Part shown: positions 1 through 9,434 of the stretch, in pieces | Numbering within the stretch: the stretch's first letter is position 1 | Layout of the letters: every line of letters begins with the position of its first letter | Source of the DNA: Prasinococcaceae sp. CCMP 1430 | Taxonomy: Eukaryota > Plantae > Prasinodermophyta | Direction of reading: 5' to 3' | Assembly (NCBI GenBank): GCA_013416795.1 | Contig: RQSC01000917.1 | Location: forward strand, 12,574-49,122 | DNA length: 36,549 bases | The notes under the pieces: model-generated | The model's database searches: none | The model's input: the letters and a program-made list of their open reading frames with translations, nothing else | What the model was told of the DNA's origin: nothing | Program-made: the position numbers and the translations under genes

Positions 1-55
<55 letters not shown>
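1..55. repeat. (GT)n microsatellite
   Basis: Perfect GT dinucleotide run at the window start. Confidence 0.98.
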
Positions 56-56
<1 letters not shown>

Positions 57-767
57 AGGCACGAGGAGGGGCTGCCGCCGCGCGCACTGTGTGTGTGTGG
101 CGGCGAACGCAGCAACGGCTGCAACGCGCGCACCGCCAGCGTGCAATAACCACCCATCATTACAAACAATTCAAACAGACATCAAATGTACCCACGGGAA
201 CGGCACAGATACATCAAAAACCCTCACCCGAAACCCTCGCACCGAACCGAGTCGAATGAGGGGGACACCGAGCAGCACCCGGGTTCGACGACGGTGCCAG
301 CCGGGGACTACACAAGGCTTCCCAGGGGTCTACTTCGCGCCCACCGGGGTTCTTCGGAGGGGAGGGATCCATAAGCCTTGGCACCTCACGACGATTGCTA
401 TTGACAGTACAGGCTGCGGTGTGGCCGGGATCCCACCCGGACAATGCGCGCTGCTCCTCCGGTCTCGACGAGGCGACTCGGGGAAAGGAAAGGACAGTCC
501 CGGATGTTTTGTAAAATACCCCGGACTCCACACACAGCAAAAAACAGATTAGAGAAAAAAAAAGAAAAAAGCAGCCGCCGGCGGCCGCCGGCGCGGCCCA
601 CTTGGCGCGCCCGGGGCGAACGCGCTCCTTCCTCCCCCCCCCCTCCTCCCACCACCTCCGGCTCACGCGCCGTCCCATCCCGCGGCCGCGATGGGCGGCC
701 GGCGGCGCAAGAAGAGGACGCACGACCTGCACGAGCAGGGCGGCGCGCGCGCGCGCGGCGGCGGCGG

Positions 768-827
<60 letters not shown>

Positions 828-970
828 ATGTGTGCGCGTGCGCGGACGCGTCAGTCATGCATGCGCATGTGCATGTGTGTGTGTGTGAGCGCGTGCATGC
901 GCATGCGCATGCGTGTGTGATTGTGTGCATGCGCATGCGTGTGTGTGCGTGCATGCGTGCGTGTGCGCAC
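768..970. repeat. (TG)n microsatellite and alternating purine-pyrimidine tract, probably intronic
   Basis: Pure TG run at ~768-823 followed by a mixed TG/CA/CATG alternating tract. Confidence 0.9.
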
Positions 971-1271
971 GCCCGCGCGCAGCCAGCGCGCGCGCACCCT
1001 CGCCTCCCCCTGCCGCGAACGCGGCCACCCGCGCGTGTAGCTCGCGCGCCTCGCCCTCGCCACAGCACGCGCATGCGCGGTGCGAGGCGCACAGCGGCAC
1101 GCCGCCGGGCAGCGGCGCGGGGAACGCGCCCGAGCGGCACGTGTGCGTGTGTGTGTGCGCGCGCGCATGCGTGTCCGCCGCGAGCGAAGAGGCGGAGACC
1201 GCCGCGGCGAGGCTCGACGCGGGCGCCTCCGACACGCACGCCAGGAGGAGGAGTGCGCGGAGGAGGAGCAT
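971..1271 (-). CDS. putative first exon of a secreted protein (signal peptide only; remainder unresolved)
   Basis: ATG at 1271 gives MLLLRALLLLACVSEAPASSLAAAVSASSLAA, which resembles a signal peptide. A GTGCGC donor lies at 970. I could not join downstream exons in phase. Confidence 0.3.
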
Positions 1272-1295
1272 GCCGGAGAGCACGGGCACACGCGC

Positions 1296-1352
1296 ACACA
1301 CACACACACGCACACACACACACACACGCGCGCGCGCGAACACACACACACA

Positions 1353-1416
<64 letters not shown>

Positions 1417-1430
1417 CACACGCACGCACA
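1296..1430. repeat. (CA)n microsatellite
   Basis: Long interrupted CA run. Confidence 0.95.
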
Positions 1431-1519
1431 CACCGCGCCCGCGCCGCGTGTGTGGCGCGCCGCGCCAGCTCAGCTCGGCGCGGCGCCGAGGGGGCGCCGA
1501 GGGGGCGCCGCGCGTCGCA

Positions 1520-1775
1520 TGCGGTTTGACCTCGATTTTGAAACCGTCAAAATGCGTCCAAAACGTCGCCTGCGTTTTGACCTCGGTTTTCAACCCATCA
1601 AAGTGCGTCCAAAACGTCGCTGCCTTCGTTTTGACCTCGGTTTTGAAACCATCAAAATGCGTCCAAAACGTCGCCTGCGTTTTGACCTCGGTTTTCAAAC
1701 CATCAAAAGTATTGTAGTCCAAAACGCCGCCTGCGTTTTGACCTCGAATTTAACACCATCAAAATGCGTCCAAAG
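1520..1775. repeat. minisatellite, 5 copies of a ~51-bp unit with an internal palindrome
   Basis: Units start at 1520, 1571, 1625, 1676 and 1732. Consensus is about TGCGTTTTGACCTCGGTTTTGAAACCATCAAAATGCGTCCAAAACGTCGCC. Units 2 and 4 carry small insertions. Confidence 0.93.
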
Positions 1776-2286
1776 CGCACTCCGAATCGCGAATGCGAAT
1801 TGCGCGAATGCGGCAGAAACTGGTATCGTGGGATCGATCGGCATGAATTGAATTCGGGTCGTGTCGATGTGGTACGGTACATAGTTTGCACCCGGGAGCG
1901 GATCCGGCCTCAGACCCCATCGAGGGTCGGATGCGAGATGAGGAGCCGATCGATGTATCCCAGATTCGATCCGATTTTTGGGATTTGCCGGCGAATTCGG
2001 ATCGATCGAATCCGCGCGCGGAAAAAAGCGCGCGCGTCGCCGGCGGGGGCTCCCGCCGCGGCGCTCCCGCCGCCCGAGGGGTGGAGGTGCCACAGCGGCG
2101 GGGTGGCGCGGGCGCGGGAGGGGGAGGAGCGGCGGGCGCACTCGGTGACCGCGAGCGCGACGGTGCCGGTGGGCGAACCGCCCCTTTGCCGTAAGCGGCG
2201 TTGTTGCCCAGCGAGCACGCGCAGCGAGCGAGGTGTGTACCGTACATGTGTGTATATTATAGGGCCGGCGCGCGCGCCCCTGGGCG

Positions 2287-3390
2287 TCACGGCTCGCGCT
2301 GGCGCTTGCGTAGCTGGCGCATGTACCGCTCCCACTTGGCGTGGTCGAGGTCCTCCAGGCTGTCGAGCTCGGCGATGGCTCGCAGGTACGCGCCCAGCTT
2401 GAGCAGCTCGTCGTCGGTCGCGCGGTTCCGGTGGCAGTTGCGGAAGGGCCGCACCTTGAGGCCCTGCTGCGGGTTCATCACGAAGTTTCTTCGGAGGTCA
2501 TCGAACATGATCGTGTTCCTCTCGTGGTAGGCACCGCCGAAGACGTCGTTGCGCCAGATGAATGCCAGGGGCTTGCACTCCTTGGCGCCGTAGCGCGCGG
2601 TGTGGCAGGTGATCATCGCGCGGGCGTCGAGCATGAAGCTCACTTTGAAGCCCGGATGCGAGAGGACGCCCATCTCGCGCATCTTGAGCTCCACCCATTT
2701 CATGCTCGTCGCCGACCAGATGGCGATGTCGTAGTGCGCGTACGCCTGCTCGAGGAAGTCGAGCAGGTGCGGCCGCGCCATCTCCCAGGGCCGCTCGACC
2801 GTCGAGCGGTGGTCGATGAGCGTGTAGTCGATGTCGAGGCAGAGCAGCTTCTTCCCGGGGCGCGGCGGCTGCAGCACGGCGACCTTCACCTTCTCCACGC
2901 GCCGCATGACACGCTCGACGTTCTCGGCGAGCTCCGCCGGCGGCAGCGCGAGGATGGTCCCGCCGAACTCGTCGTCGAGGTCGTCCACGACGGGCGGCGC
3001 GGCCGCGGCGATCGCGAGCTCCGCCGCGAGCGCCGCGTCCGGCGTGCCCATCAGGCTCACGGCGAAGCCCGGCTTTCGCAGCGACGACAGGCCCGAGAGC
3101 GGCTCGTCGTCGGCCGCAAGGCCCTTGCCGCGGCCTGACTTGAGGTTGAGCAGCTTCTGCTTGCCCGCGGGCACGTTCGTGCGCCGCTCGATGGCGCCCT
3201 TCAGGCACGCCACGGTGGGCGCGCCTCCGCCCAGCTCGAGCTCGAACGCCTTCAGCTCGGCGTCCGACGACGCCGGCCAGCGCACGCGCACGCGGACGGC
3301 GGGCTCGGCCGCCGGCGGCGAGGGAGCGTCGTCGGGGGGGCCGGACGCCGAGCGCGTGCCCGCCGAGCCCGACCCGCCCGCCTCCGCCAT
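2287..3390 (-). CDS. UBLCP1: ubiquitin-like domain-containing CTD phosphatase 1 (UBL domain plus HAD/FCP1-type phosphatase), intronless, 367 aa
   Basis: ATG at 3390, TGA at 2289-2287. UBL segment (RTNVPAGKQKLLNLK); DxDxT catalytic motif in KKLLCLDIDYTLIDH; IWSATSMKW and TIMFDDLRRNFVMNPQQGLKVRPFR match UBLCP1 as I know it. Confidence 0.93.
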   Translation of the reverse strand: MAEAGGSGSAGTRSASGPPDDAPSPPAAEPAVRVRVRWPASSDAELKAFELELGGGAPTVACLKGAIERRTNVPAGKQKLLNLKSGRGKGLAADDEPLSGLSSLRKPGFAVSLMGTPDAALAAELAIAAAAPPVVDDLDDEFGGTILALPPAELAENVERVMRRVEKVKVAVLQPPRPGKKLLCLDIDYTLIDHRSTVERPWEMARPHLLDFLEQAYAHYDIAIWSATSMKWVELKMREMGVLSHPGFKVSFMLDARAMITCHTARYGAKECKPLAFIWRNDVFGGAYHERNTIMFDDLRRNFVMNPQQGLKVRPFRNCHRNRATDDELLKLGAYLRAIAELDSLEDLDHAKWERYMRQLRKRQREP

Positions 3391-3453
3391 GGGGGCGGGC
3401 CGCTGCGCGCTTTTCGCCACCTCGCCTGTTCGCCCCCCCCCACCAGACCGCGC

Positions 3454-3494
3454 GGGTGGGGGATGGGAGTAGCGGGGAGGGGGAGGGGGGGGGG
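3454..3494 (+). promoter_or_regulatory. potential G-quadruplex (six G-tracts) upstream of UBLCP1
   Basis: GGG-T-GGGGG-AT-GGG...GGGG-A-GGGGG-A-G10, ~65-105 bp upstream of the UBLCP1 ATG. Sequence pattern only. Confidence 0.35.
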
Positions 3495-4235
3495 AGCGAG
3501 TGAGCGGGAGCGACCGCGCGAGCCGCCGCGTCACGGCCGCTGCGCGCGGCGTGTGGCGCCCCTCGCCGTCTCCCTCGGCCGTGCCGCCTGGTCACGACTG
3601 CAGCCGGCGCTCGAATTAAGGGGGTGCGCGGGGGATGACGCGCAGGGAGACACAGAGTTGCGTCAGAAGCGGCACCTCACCGCACGCCCCCCCGCACGGG
3701 AAGTAGGGGCGCGGTTGCGGGCGCCGCAGGCGCGCCCGCTCGCCCACCTCCCACACACAAACAAAAAAACACGAACAGAAAATCGCACGGAAAACAAAAA
3801 AGTAACAACGGCAACTCCATCCGCGAAACTCGCGCCCCACGCCTCCCTGACGTTCGGGGGAAACGATCCTCCGTCGCCAAAACGCGGACGCGTTGGGAAT
3901 TCGGCGGGCCTCCTCCGGAGAGCGGCGCCGACGGGCGCCGCGAAAATGAAAATAAAAAAAATCCGCCGCGAGCTGGCGCGACGCGTGCCGGATGCGGATG
4001 CGAATGGTAATAAATAGACCCTGTATCATTTACCCTTATTACAACACCAACCCTAACCTGACTGTGCTGTGCTGTGCGTGCGTACGAAGGCGACATCAGA
4101 GTGAACGGAAAGAGGGCTCTCCCGGTCCGATCGACCGACGGGCGGAGGCGCGGGAGCCCCCATTCGATTCGGGGTTGGGGCGGCGCGCGGACGGTTTGCG
4201 GTGCCGGGGTATGGCGGATTTGATGCGGGAATTGA

Positions 4236-5912
4236 TTGGAGTTGAGGCGCGGGGGCGCGCGCGCGCGCGCGCGGCGGCGGCTGCCGCGAGTCGCCGGCGC
4301 GGCAATCGCCGCCGCGCAGCCGGCGCGTGCGACGCAGAGGCAGCTCCTCAGCAGGCGCGACGCCCCCTCCGAGGCGCCGGCCGCGCCCTTGCGGCCGACG
4401 GACGCGCCTGTCAGGCCCACGGAGGCGCCAGCCGCGCCGACCAAGTCGCCCTCGGTCTCGCCCACAAAGTCGCCCACGCGCGCAACCCCGCGCCCCACCG
4501 CCGCCCCGACCGCCCCCTCGGACTCGTGCCTCGGCTACTGCAACGCCTTCGCGCCGTCGGGGTGCTCGTGCCGCGCCAACTGCGTGCCCGACGCCTTTCC
4601 GCCGACCAAGGCGCCCGTCGAGGGCCCTACGTACTCGCCAGTCGTCCCGCCCACGGAGATGCCCGCGCGCTACACCTACTCTCCCAGCGCAGGAATCGAG
4701 CAGTGCTGCCCCGACGCCTGCGAGATATGCGGCTACGGCACCAAGGATGGCACTCCCGACGGCCCGCGGTGCGTTCCGGGCCTGCCGACCAAGGCGCCCA
4801 CGGAGTCGCCCACGCAGTCGTGCTTCCTGGCAGGCGGGCTCGCCGCGGGCGGGAGGGGAGAACCAATCGAAGTCAGCGAGGCAACGAACGGCCTGACCAT
4901 CTCCGTGACCGGCGACACCACCATGGTCGACCCATCGTGCGTCGGCAAAGGCAACCCCGCCTTGACCGAGTTTCCCAAGGACTTCTGCTTCACTGACGAC
5001 GACAACACCGCCATCTATCATACGCTCTCATTCGAGGCCTTGAGCAACACCAGAGGTTGGGTGTGCCGCGTCGAGACGTGCACCGACACCGACTTCGACA
5101 CCGCCGTTCGTCTTTTCCTCCCTGCCGGTATCATTGTCGGATGCCAGGACGACGGCTGCGGCGTGCAGACAAGCTTTGAGTTCACCCCTGGCGACTTCGA
5201 AGCCGCAGGCGGGGTCCTGCTGTTGCAAGTGACGGGATTCGCGTCCAACGCCGGGGCGTACACGCTCTCGGTCACCTGCGGCACGCCCCCTGATGATTGC
5301 CTCAATCCGGGCACGCAAGACGCCGGCCTGATCGGTGAGCCTGTCGAACCGTTCGACGACTCCAGGAACGACGCCACATCGATCGTCACGGGCGACACGT
5401 CTTCGGTGAGCCCTCTGTGCCGAGGTGCGGGCGTGCCTGGCACCAGCGTGCAGCCACCGCTCGACGACTGCTACGTGGCCGAAAACACCGCCATCTACCA
5501 CGAACTCTCGTTGGAGGGCGTCTCCGACCTCGAAGGCTGGACGTGCCTCGTGGAGACGTGCGACGACCCGGAGAACACGTACGACACCGCCGTTCGCTTG
5601 TATGACAGCTCGCAAGACCCCGATGGAGCGCTCCTTGCCTGCATTGACGACGGTTGCGACTTGCAGACCGAATTCGACTTCATCCCCAGCGCATTCTCGT
5701 CCAGCAAGTTCCTGATCCAAGTGACCGGCTGGTTCTTCAGCCAGGGTCCCTACACGCTCAAGGTCAAATGCGGCACCGGTTTCCTTGCGACCGAGGCTGT
5801 GGATACCGAGTCAAGCGAGGCCGCGGTGACGGAGAAGAAGAGGGCCGCGTATGCGGCGTACATGGAGGCTCAAGCCCAGTCGGACAGGAAGGCGGCGGCC
5901 ACCGCGCCCTGA
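4236..5912 (+). CDS. probable secreted or cell-surface protein: Pro/Thr (PT-repeat) stalk, split somatomedin-B-like Cys motif and two tandem PPC-like beta-sandwich domains; true start unresolved
   Basis: Open frame to TGA at 5912; the track start at 4236 is TTG and there is no nearby in-frame ATG. PTEAP/PTKSP repeats at ~4365-4520. SCLGYC...GCSC...C and CCPD...C motifs. Two homologous ~125-aa units (~4900-5283, ~5385-5775) share TAIYH-x-LS, ETC...DTAVRL, C-x-DDGC, and QVTG...G-x-YTL-x-V-x-CG. Confidence 0.75.
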   Translation: MELRRGGARARARRRLPRVAGAAIAAAQPARATQRQLLSRRDAPSEAPAAPLRPTDAPVRPTEAPAAPTKSPSVSPTKSPTRATPRPTAAPTAPSDSCLGYCNAFAPSGCSCRANCVPDAFPPTKAPVEGPTYSPVVPPTEMPARYTYSPSAGIEQCCPDACEICGYGTKDGTPDGPRCVPGLPTKAPTESPTQSCFLAGGLAAGGRGEPIEVSEATNGLTISVTGDTTMVDPSCVGKGNPALTEFPKDFCFTDDDNTAIYHTLSFEALSNTRGWVCRVETCTDTDFDTAVRLFLPAGIIVGCQDDGCGVQTSFEFTPGDFEAAGGVLLLQVTGFASNAGAYTLSVTCGTPPDDCLNPGTQDAGLIGEPVEPFDDSRNDATSIVTGDTSSVSPLCRGAGVPGTSVQPPLDDCYVAENTAIYHELSLEGVSDLEGWTCLVETCDDPENTYDTAVRLYDSSQDPDGALLACIDDGCDLQTEFDFIPSAFSSSKFLIQVTGWFFSQGPYTLKVKCGTGFLATEAVDTESSEAAVTEKKRAAYAAYMEAQAQSDRKAAATAP

Positions 5913-6119
5913 TCGGTAGGCGGCAGAAGTTAGCACAGAAAACCTAGGAGAGAGGACACGTGTGGCGTCGAACGCGCGATGGCGGTGTCGCGGACACCGT
6001 CACGGTGTCTGTGCCTGACCCCTACAACAACCAACGCGTGGGGGGAGCGCACGAGCAATGAGCGATAGTACGGGCGAGCGTCCTGTAAATGCGACCTAAA
6101 TTAAAGCGAAGGAGAGGCG

Positions 6120-6419
6120 ATGGCAGCGAGGCTGAGCGAACGCAGCGCGGCGAGGGCGCGCGCGGCGCGCCGATCGCGCGACGCGGGGCGCGTGCCCCGA
6201 GGCACCGCGGCTGTCGCGTCCGGCCCGGCGTGCGAGGACATCCTTTGCATCAACCTGCGCGCGCCCGAGCGCGCGCAGCTCGCGCCGCTCGGTGGCGACG
6301 GCGTGCCGCCGAGCGCGCGGCTGCTGCGCGTCGGCGAGCCCGCTGACGAGGCCTGCGAGCTCCAGGCGCAGCTCGACGCGGCGGAGGAGATCGAGGCCGA
6401 AGCAGGGCCAGCGACGTAG
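6120..6419 (+). CDS. hypothetical small protein (99 aa) with an Arg/Ala/Ser-rich N-terminus and acidic C-terminus
   Basis: ATG to TAG ORF with GC3-rich codons in the 3' half and an AT-rich TAAATTAAA ~20 bp upstream. No family recognised. Confidence 0.4.
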   Translation: MAARLSERSAARARAARRSRDAGRVPRGTAAVASGPACEDILCINLRAPERAQLAPLGGDGVPPSARLLRVGEPADEACELQAQLDAAEEIEAEAGPAT

Positions 6420-6681
6420 CTTGGCCGCGCTCGGCGCTCCGCTCGGGGACGGCTCCGCGCGGGGCCGGCAGCTCGCGAGCGTCCCTTCGCCAGGGCAGCG
6501 CACTGTGCACAACACAGGCAATCAACGTTACATGCTGTGTGCATGGGTATAAATACTACGGCGACGATCGAAGTGGTCAGCGGTCAAGGCTGATGGGAGC
6601 GGGAAGTGACGGTGCGTGGTGTGTCAGCGCCTGCTGCGGCAATGGCCGAGCTCGGCGCGGTGCGGTGCGGGCCACGCACAC

Positions 6682-7924
6682 TTAGTAGCGGGTGGGCATG
6701 CGCACGGGCGCCTCGGTGGGCACGACGGGCTCGGCGGGCGCCTTGGTAGGGACGGGCACGGGCCTGACGGGCGCCTCGGTGGGCACGACGGGCTCGGCGG
6801 GCGCCTTGGTAGGGACGGGCACGGGCCTGACGGGCGCCTCGGTGGGCGACGCGGGCTCGAAGGGCGCCTTGGTGGGGACGGGCACGGGCCTGACGGGCGC
6901 CTCGGTGGGCGACACGGGCTCGACGGGTGCCTTGGTGGGGGCGGGCACGGGCCTGTCCGTCGGCGACTTGGTGGGCGAGGGAGTGGGCCTGTCCGTCGGC
7001 GACTTGGTGGGCGAGGGCGTGGGCCTGACGGGCGCCTCGGTGGGCGGCACGGGCGCGATGGGCGCCTCGGTGGGCGCGTTGGTGGGCGAGCACGTGCACG
7101 GCGGGCAGATGGGTGCGGTGGGCGAGTCGGTCGGGCGCGGCGTCGGGCGCGGCGTGGGGCGGTCGCCACGGCCGGGCTCATCGGCCGGGGGCAGGAGGAC
7201 GCCGTCGATGACGTGCGCGACGCCGTTCTTGGCCATGATGTCGACCGCGAGGATCTCGATGCCGTTGACGAAGGCGCCGCCCTCCTCGGGCAGGGTGAAG
7301 GTGAGGTCGAACCCCGCGAGGGAGGTCGCGACGAGGCCGTCCGACAGGTCCGTCGACTTGACCTCGCCCTCGATCACGTGGTTGGTCAGGATCGTGGTGA
7401 GGGTCTGCGTGTGGGTGGGTCGCACGCGGGCGGCCGCAGGACGCGGGGTGCGATGACGCGCGCGCAAGGGGCGAGGCGAGGGTCAGCGCCTCCGCGCGCG
7501 CACGGGCAGCCAAGTCATGCGCGCTGGCGTTCGGGGGGGCTCGCGGCCAGGGCGGGCGCGCGCAGTGGGACGCGCGCGGCCGCGTGCGCAAGCCGCGCCA
7601 ATAGGAATTCACAGCACGCGCGGCCAAGCTCACATCGACGTCGGCGAGGAGATCCTCGGCGGTGATGCCGAGCGCCTCGAGCGCGGCGGCGAAGGCGTCG
7701 TCGGTGGGCGGGAAGACGGTGAAGGGCCCCGACGTCGGGTCCGCGAAGGTGTCCACGAGGCTCGCCGCCGAGAGCGCGGCGATCAGCGTCTCGAAGCTGA
7801 AGGGGGTCGTGTCGGGGGCGTTGACGAGGACGTCCGCCAGGGTCATGGCCTGCGCGCCCGTGGGCGAGAACGCCACGCCCGCGGCGGCGAGGCACGCGGC
7901 GACTGCATTGGCGAGGCGCGGCAT
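6682..7924 (-). CDS. secreted fasciclin (FAS1) protein with a C-terminal Pro/Thr/Val repeat stalk; 2 exons (7924-7634, 7404-6682), 337 aa
   Basis: Signal peptide MPRLANAVAACLAAAGVAFSPTGAQA. FAS1 H1 motif FTVFPPTDDAF and H2 motif NGVAHVIDGVLLPP are joined by a phase-0 GT-AG intron (7633-7405, GTGAGC donor, GCTGAC branch). Stop is TAA. Confidence 0.9.
6700..7090 (-). repeat. coding tandem repeats: ~4 x 63 bp (PTEAPVRPVPVPTKAPAEPVV) plus 2 x 36 bp (PTPSPTKSPTDR)
   Basis: CCTCGGTGGG recurs at 6711, 6774, 6837 and 6900, a 63-bp period. Confidence 0.92.
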
Positions 7925-8465
7925 CGTGTGGAAGGGGGGGGAGCGAGGGGGGAGGGAGGTTGTCGTGGGGCGTGCGGCGCGTGCGCAGTGGCGCACGGCG
8001 CGAGCGTGAGACCGTACCTCGCTCGCTCGCGATCCCCGCCGCCGCACCGCGCACGGCACCGCCGCCCGCGCGAACCACCGCGTACCGCGCGAGCCGGCTG
8101 TCGAACACCCGGTAGTACACCTGTCGCCCGCGAAGGGGGCCGCCGCCGGCAGCGGCGCGCCGTCGCTTGACTGCGGTCAGGCTTTCATCCTCCGCGACGA
8201 CGTGGCGGTCCCAGTGACTGGTGCTGACCTCCCCCAGGCGGTGAGCAGGCGCTCGAGCACCACACACACGCCGACGCCGAGCGGCGCTTCCCACCCTCGT
8301 ACTGCGTCGACGGCGCCTCGCGCACGTGGTGCACGCGCCGGCCGAGCGCAGCCGTTCGTGCCCTCGGATCGCGCGAGGGGGCGTGCGCCGCACAGAGAGC
8401 GTGTGGACCGCACGTTCCTGATCCGCATCGGATTGCGCAATGAGTAGTGACTGTGAAGGGGGAGT

Positions 8466-8479
8466 ACCACACACACACG

Positions 8480-8511
<32 letters not shown>

Positions 8512-8515
8512 CACC

Positions 8516-8565
<50 letters not shown>

Positions 8566-8870
8566 ACACACACACACCTGTTTGACATCGGGGCGCGCAC
8601 ACAGCACGCACGTGCCATGCGGTGCTCCGCGCAAGCGTGAGAGCATCTTCGCCTTTGACCGTTGGAGGTCGCGACAGTGGCGGCGGCGCCTGCACTCTGA
8701 CAGGCCACAAGGAGAGAGAGAGAGAGAGAGTGTGTGTGTGTGTGTGCGTGTGTGTGTGTGTGCGTGTGCGTGTGTGTGTGTGTATGCGTGTGTGCCTGTG
8801 TGCCTGTGCGTGTGTGTGCGTGTGCGTTTGACCCGTGTGCGTGTGTGTGTCTGCGTGTGTGTCTGCCTGT
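8466..8870. repeat. (CA)n block, then (GA)n-(TG)n block
   Basis: CA run at 8466-8578, GA run at ~8712-8730, TG-rich run at ~8730-8870. Confidence 0.9.
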
Positions 8871-9375
8871 GCGTATTTTTTGTACGCCGACAATGTCAAC
8901 ACATTTTGACTCTTTGTTTCTTTTGTCGTCGAGAGAAGCGTAGGAAAAATGCCAAAAAAGTTGTGTTTTCATCCGCGTAATCCCGCGGTCCGAAATCGCG
9001 GACGGTAGCGCGATCGAAACTTCGGCGCGTTTTGCCCCGCCGGCGCCACCAACGCCCCGATCCCAGCGTTCTGACACCGGATGGGGCGAATCAACGGAAA
9101 TGATTCCGAAATTCACACGGCAACAAAAACAAAAAGAATGGGAGGTCAGAATGCGCGTAGATGGACCCTCATCACAATCTTTTTGTTTTTTTTCTTTTAC
9201 TGAACGTGTACGTATTCTAAATTTTGAAAAATTTTAGTGCGCAATTTCGAAGCAAAGAAAAAATGTCGCACCTACGAATTGAAGTCAAAGTGAACTCAAG
9301 AAGAGAAAAGAAGAGAAAAGAATAAATAAAAAGAAATAAGAAAGAAAACAATAAAATAAAAACAGCTTCGCCGAA

Positions 9376-9434
9376 CCAAACCAAACCAAACCAAACCAAA
9401 CCAAACCAAACAAACGAAGCCAAACCAAACCAAA
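9376..9434. repeat. (CCAAA)n pentanucleotide repeat
   Basis: Seven perfect CCAAA copies at 9376-9410 plus degenerate copies, preceded by an A/G-rich tract at ~9296-9362. Confidence 0.92.

Noticed and set aside
251-290. SRP RNA helix-8-like motif (TGAGGGGGACACCGAGCAGC)
   Set aside because: The register is off by one versus the conserved symmetric loop, and the upstream sequence is unstructured with no Alu domain or helix 6.
480-510. RNase MRP/P CR-I-like GGACAGTCCCGG
   Set aside because: It is an imperfect match and there is no downstream CR-V partner; the complementary sequence lies upstream, in the wrong order.
1520-1775. CRISPR-like array (palindromic repeats at regular spacing)
   Set aside because: The intervening segments are near-identical rather than unique spacers, there are no cas genes, and the context is eukaryotic. 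It is a minisatellite.
4046-4060. Telomerase RNA template (CCAACCCTAACC)
   Set aside because: It is a single short motif in a promoter-like region, with no recognisable Pol III promoter, terminator or TR structure. A telo-box-like element is a simpler explanation.
6340-6419. CP12 homology of the 99-aa ORF (EACELQAQLDAAEEIEAE)
   Set aside because: It lacks the AWD-x-VEE Trp and the CP12 Cys spacing; the resemblance is only compositional.
8177-8445. Possible exon(s) AFILRDDVAVPVTGADLPQA upstream of the sulfotransferase
   Set aside because: No phase-consistent link to 9772, and no recognisable motif or membrane anchor.
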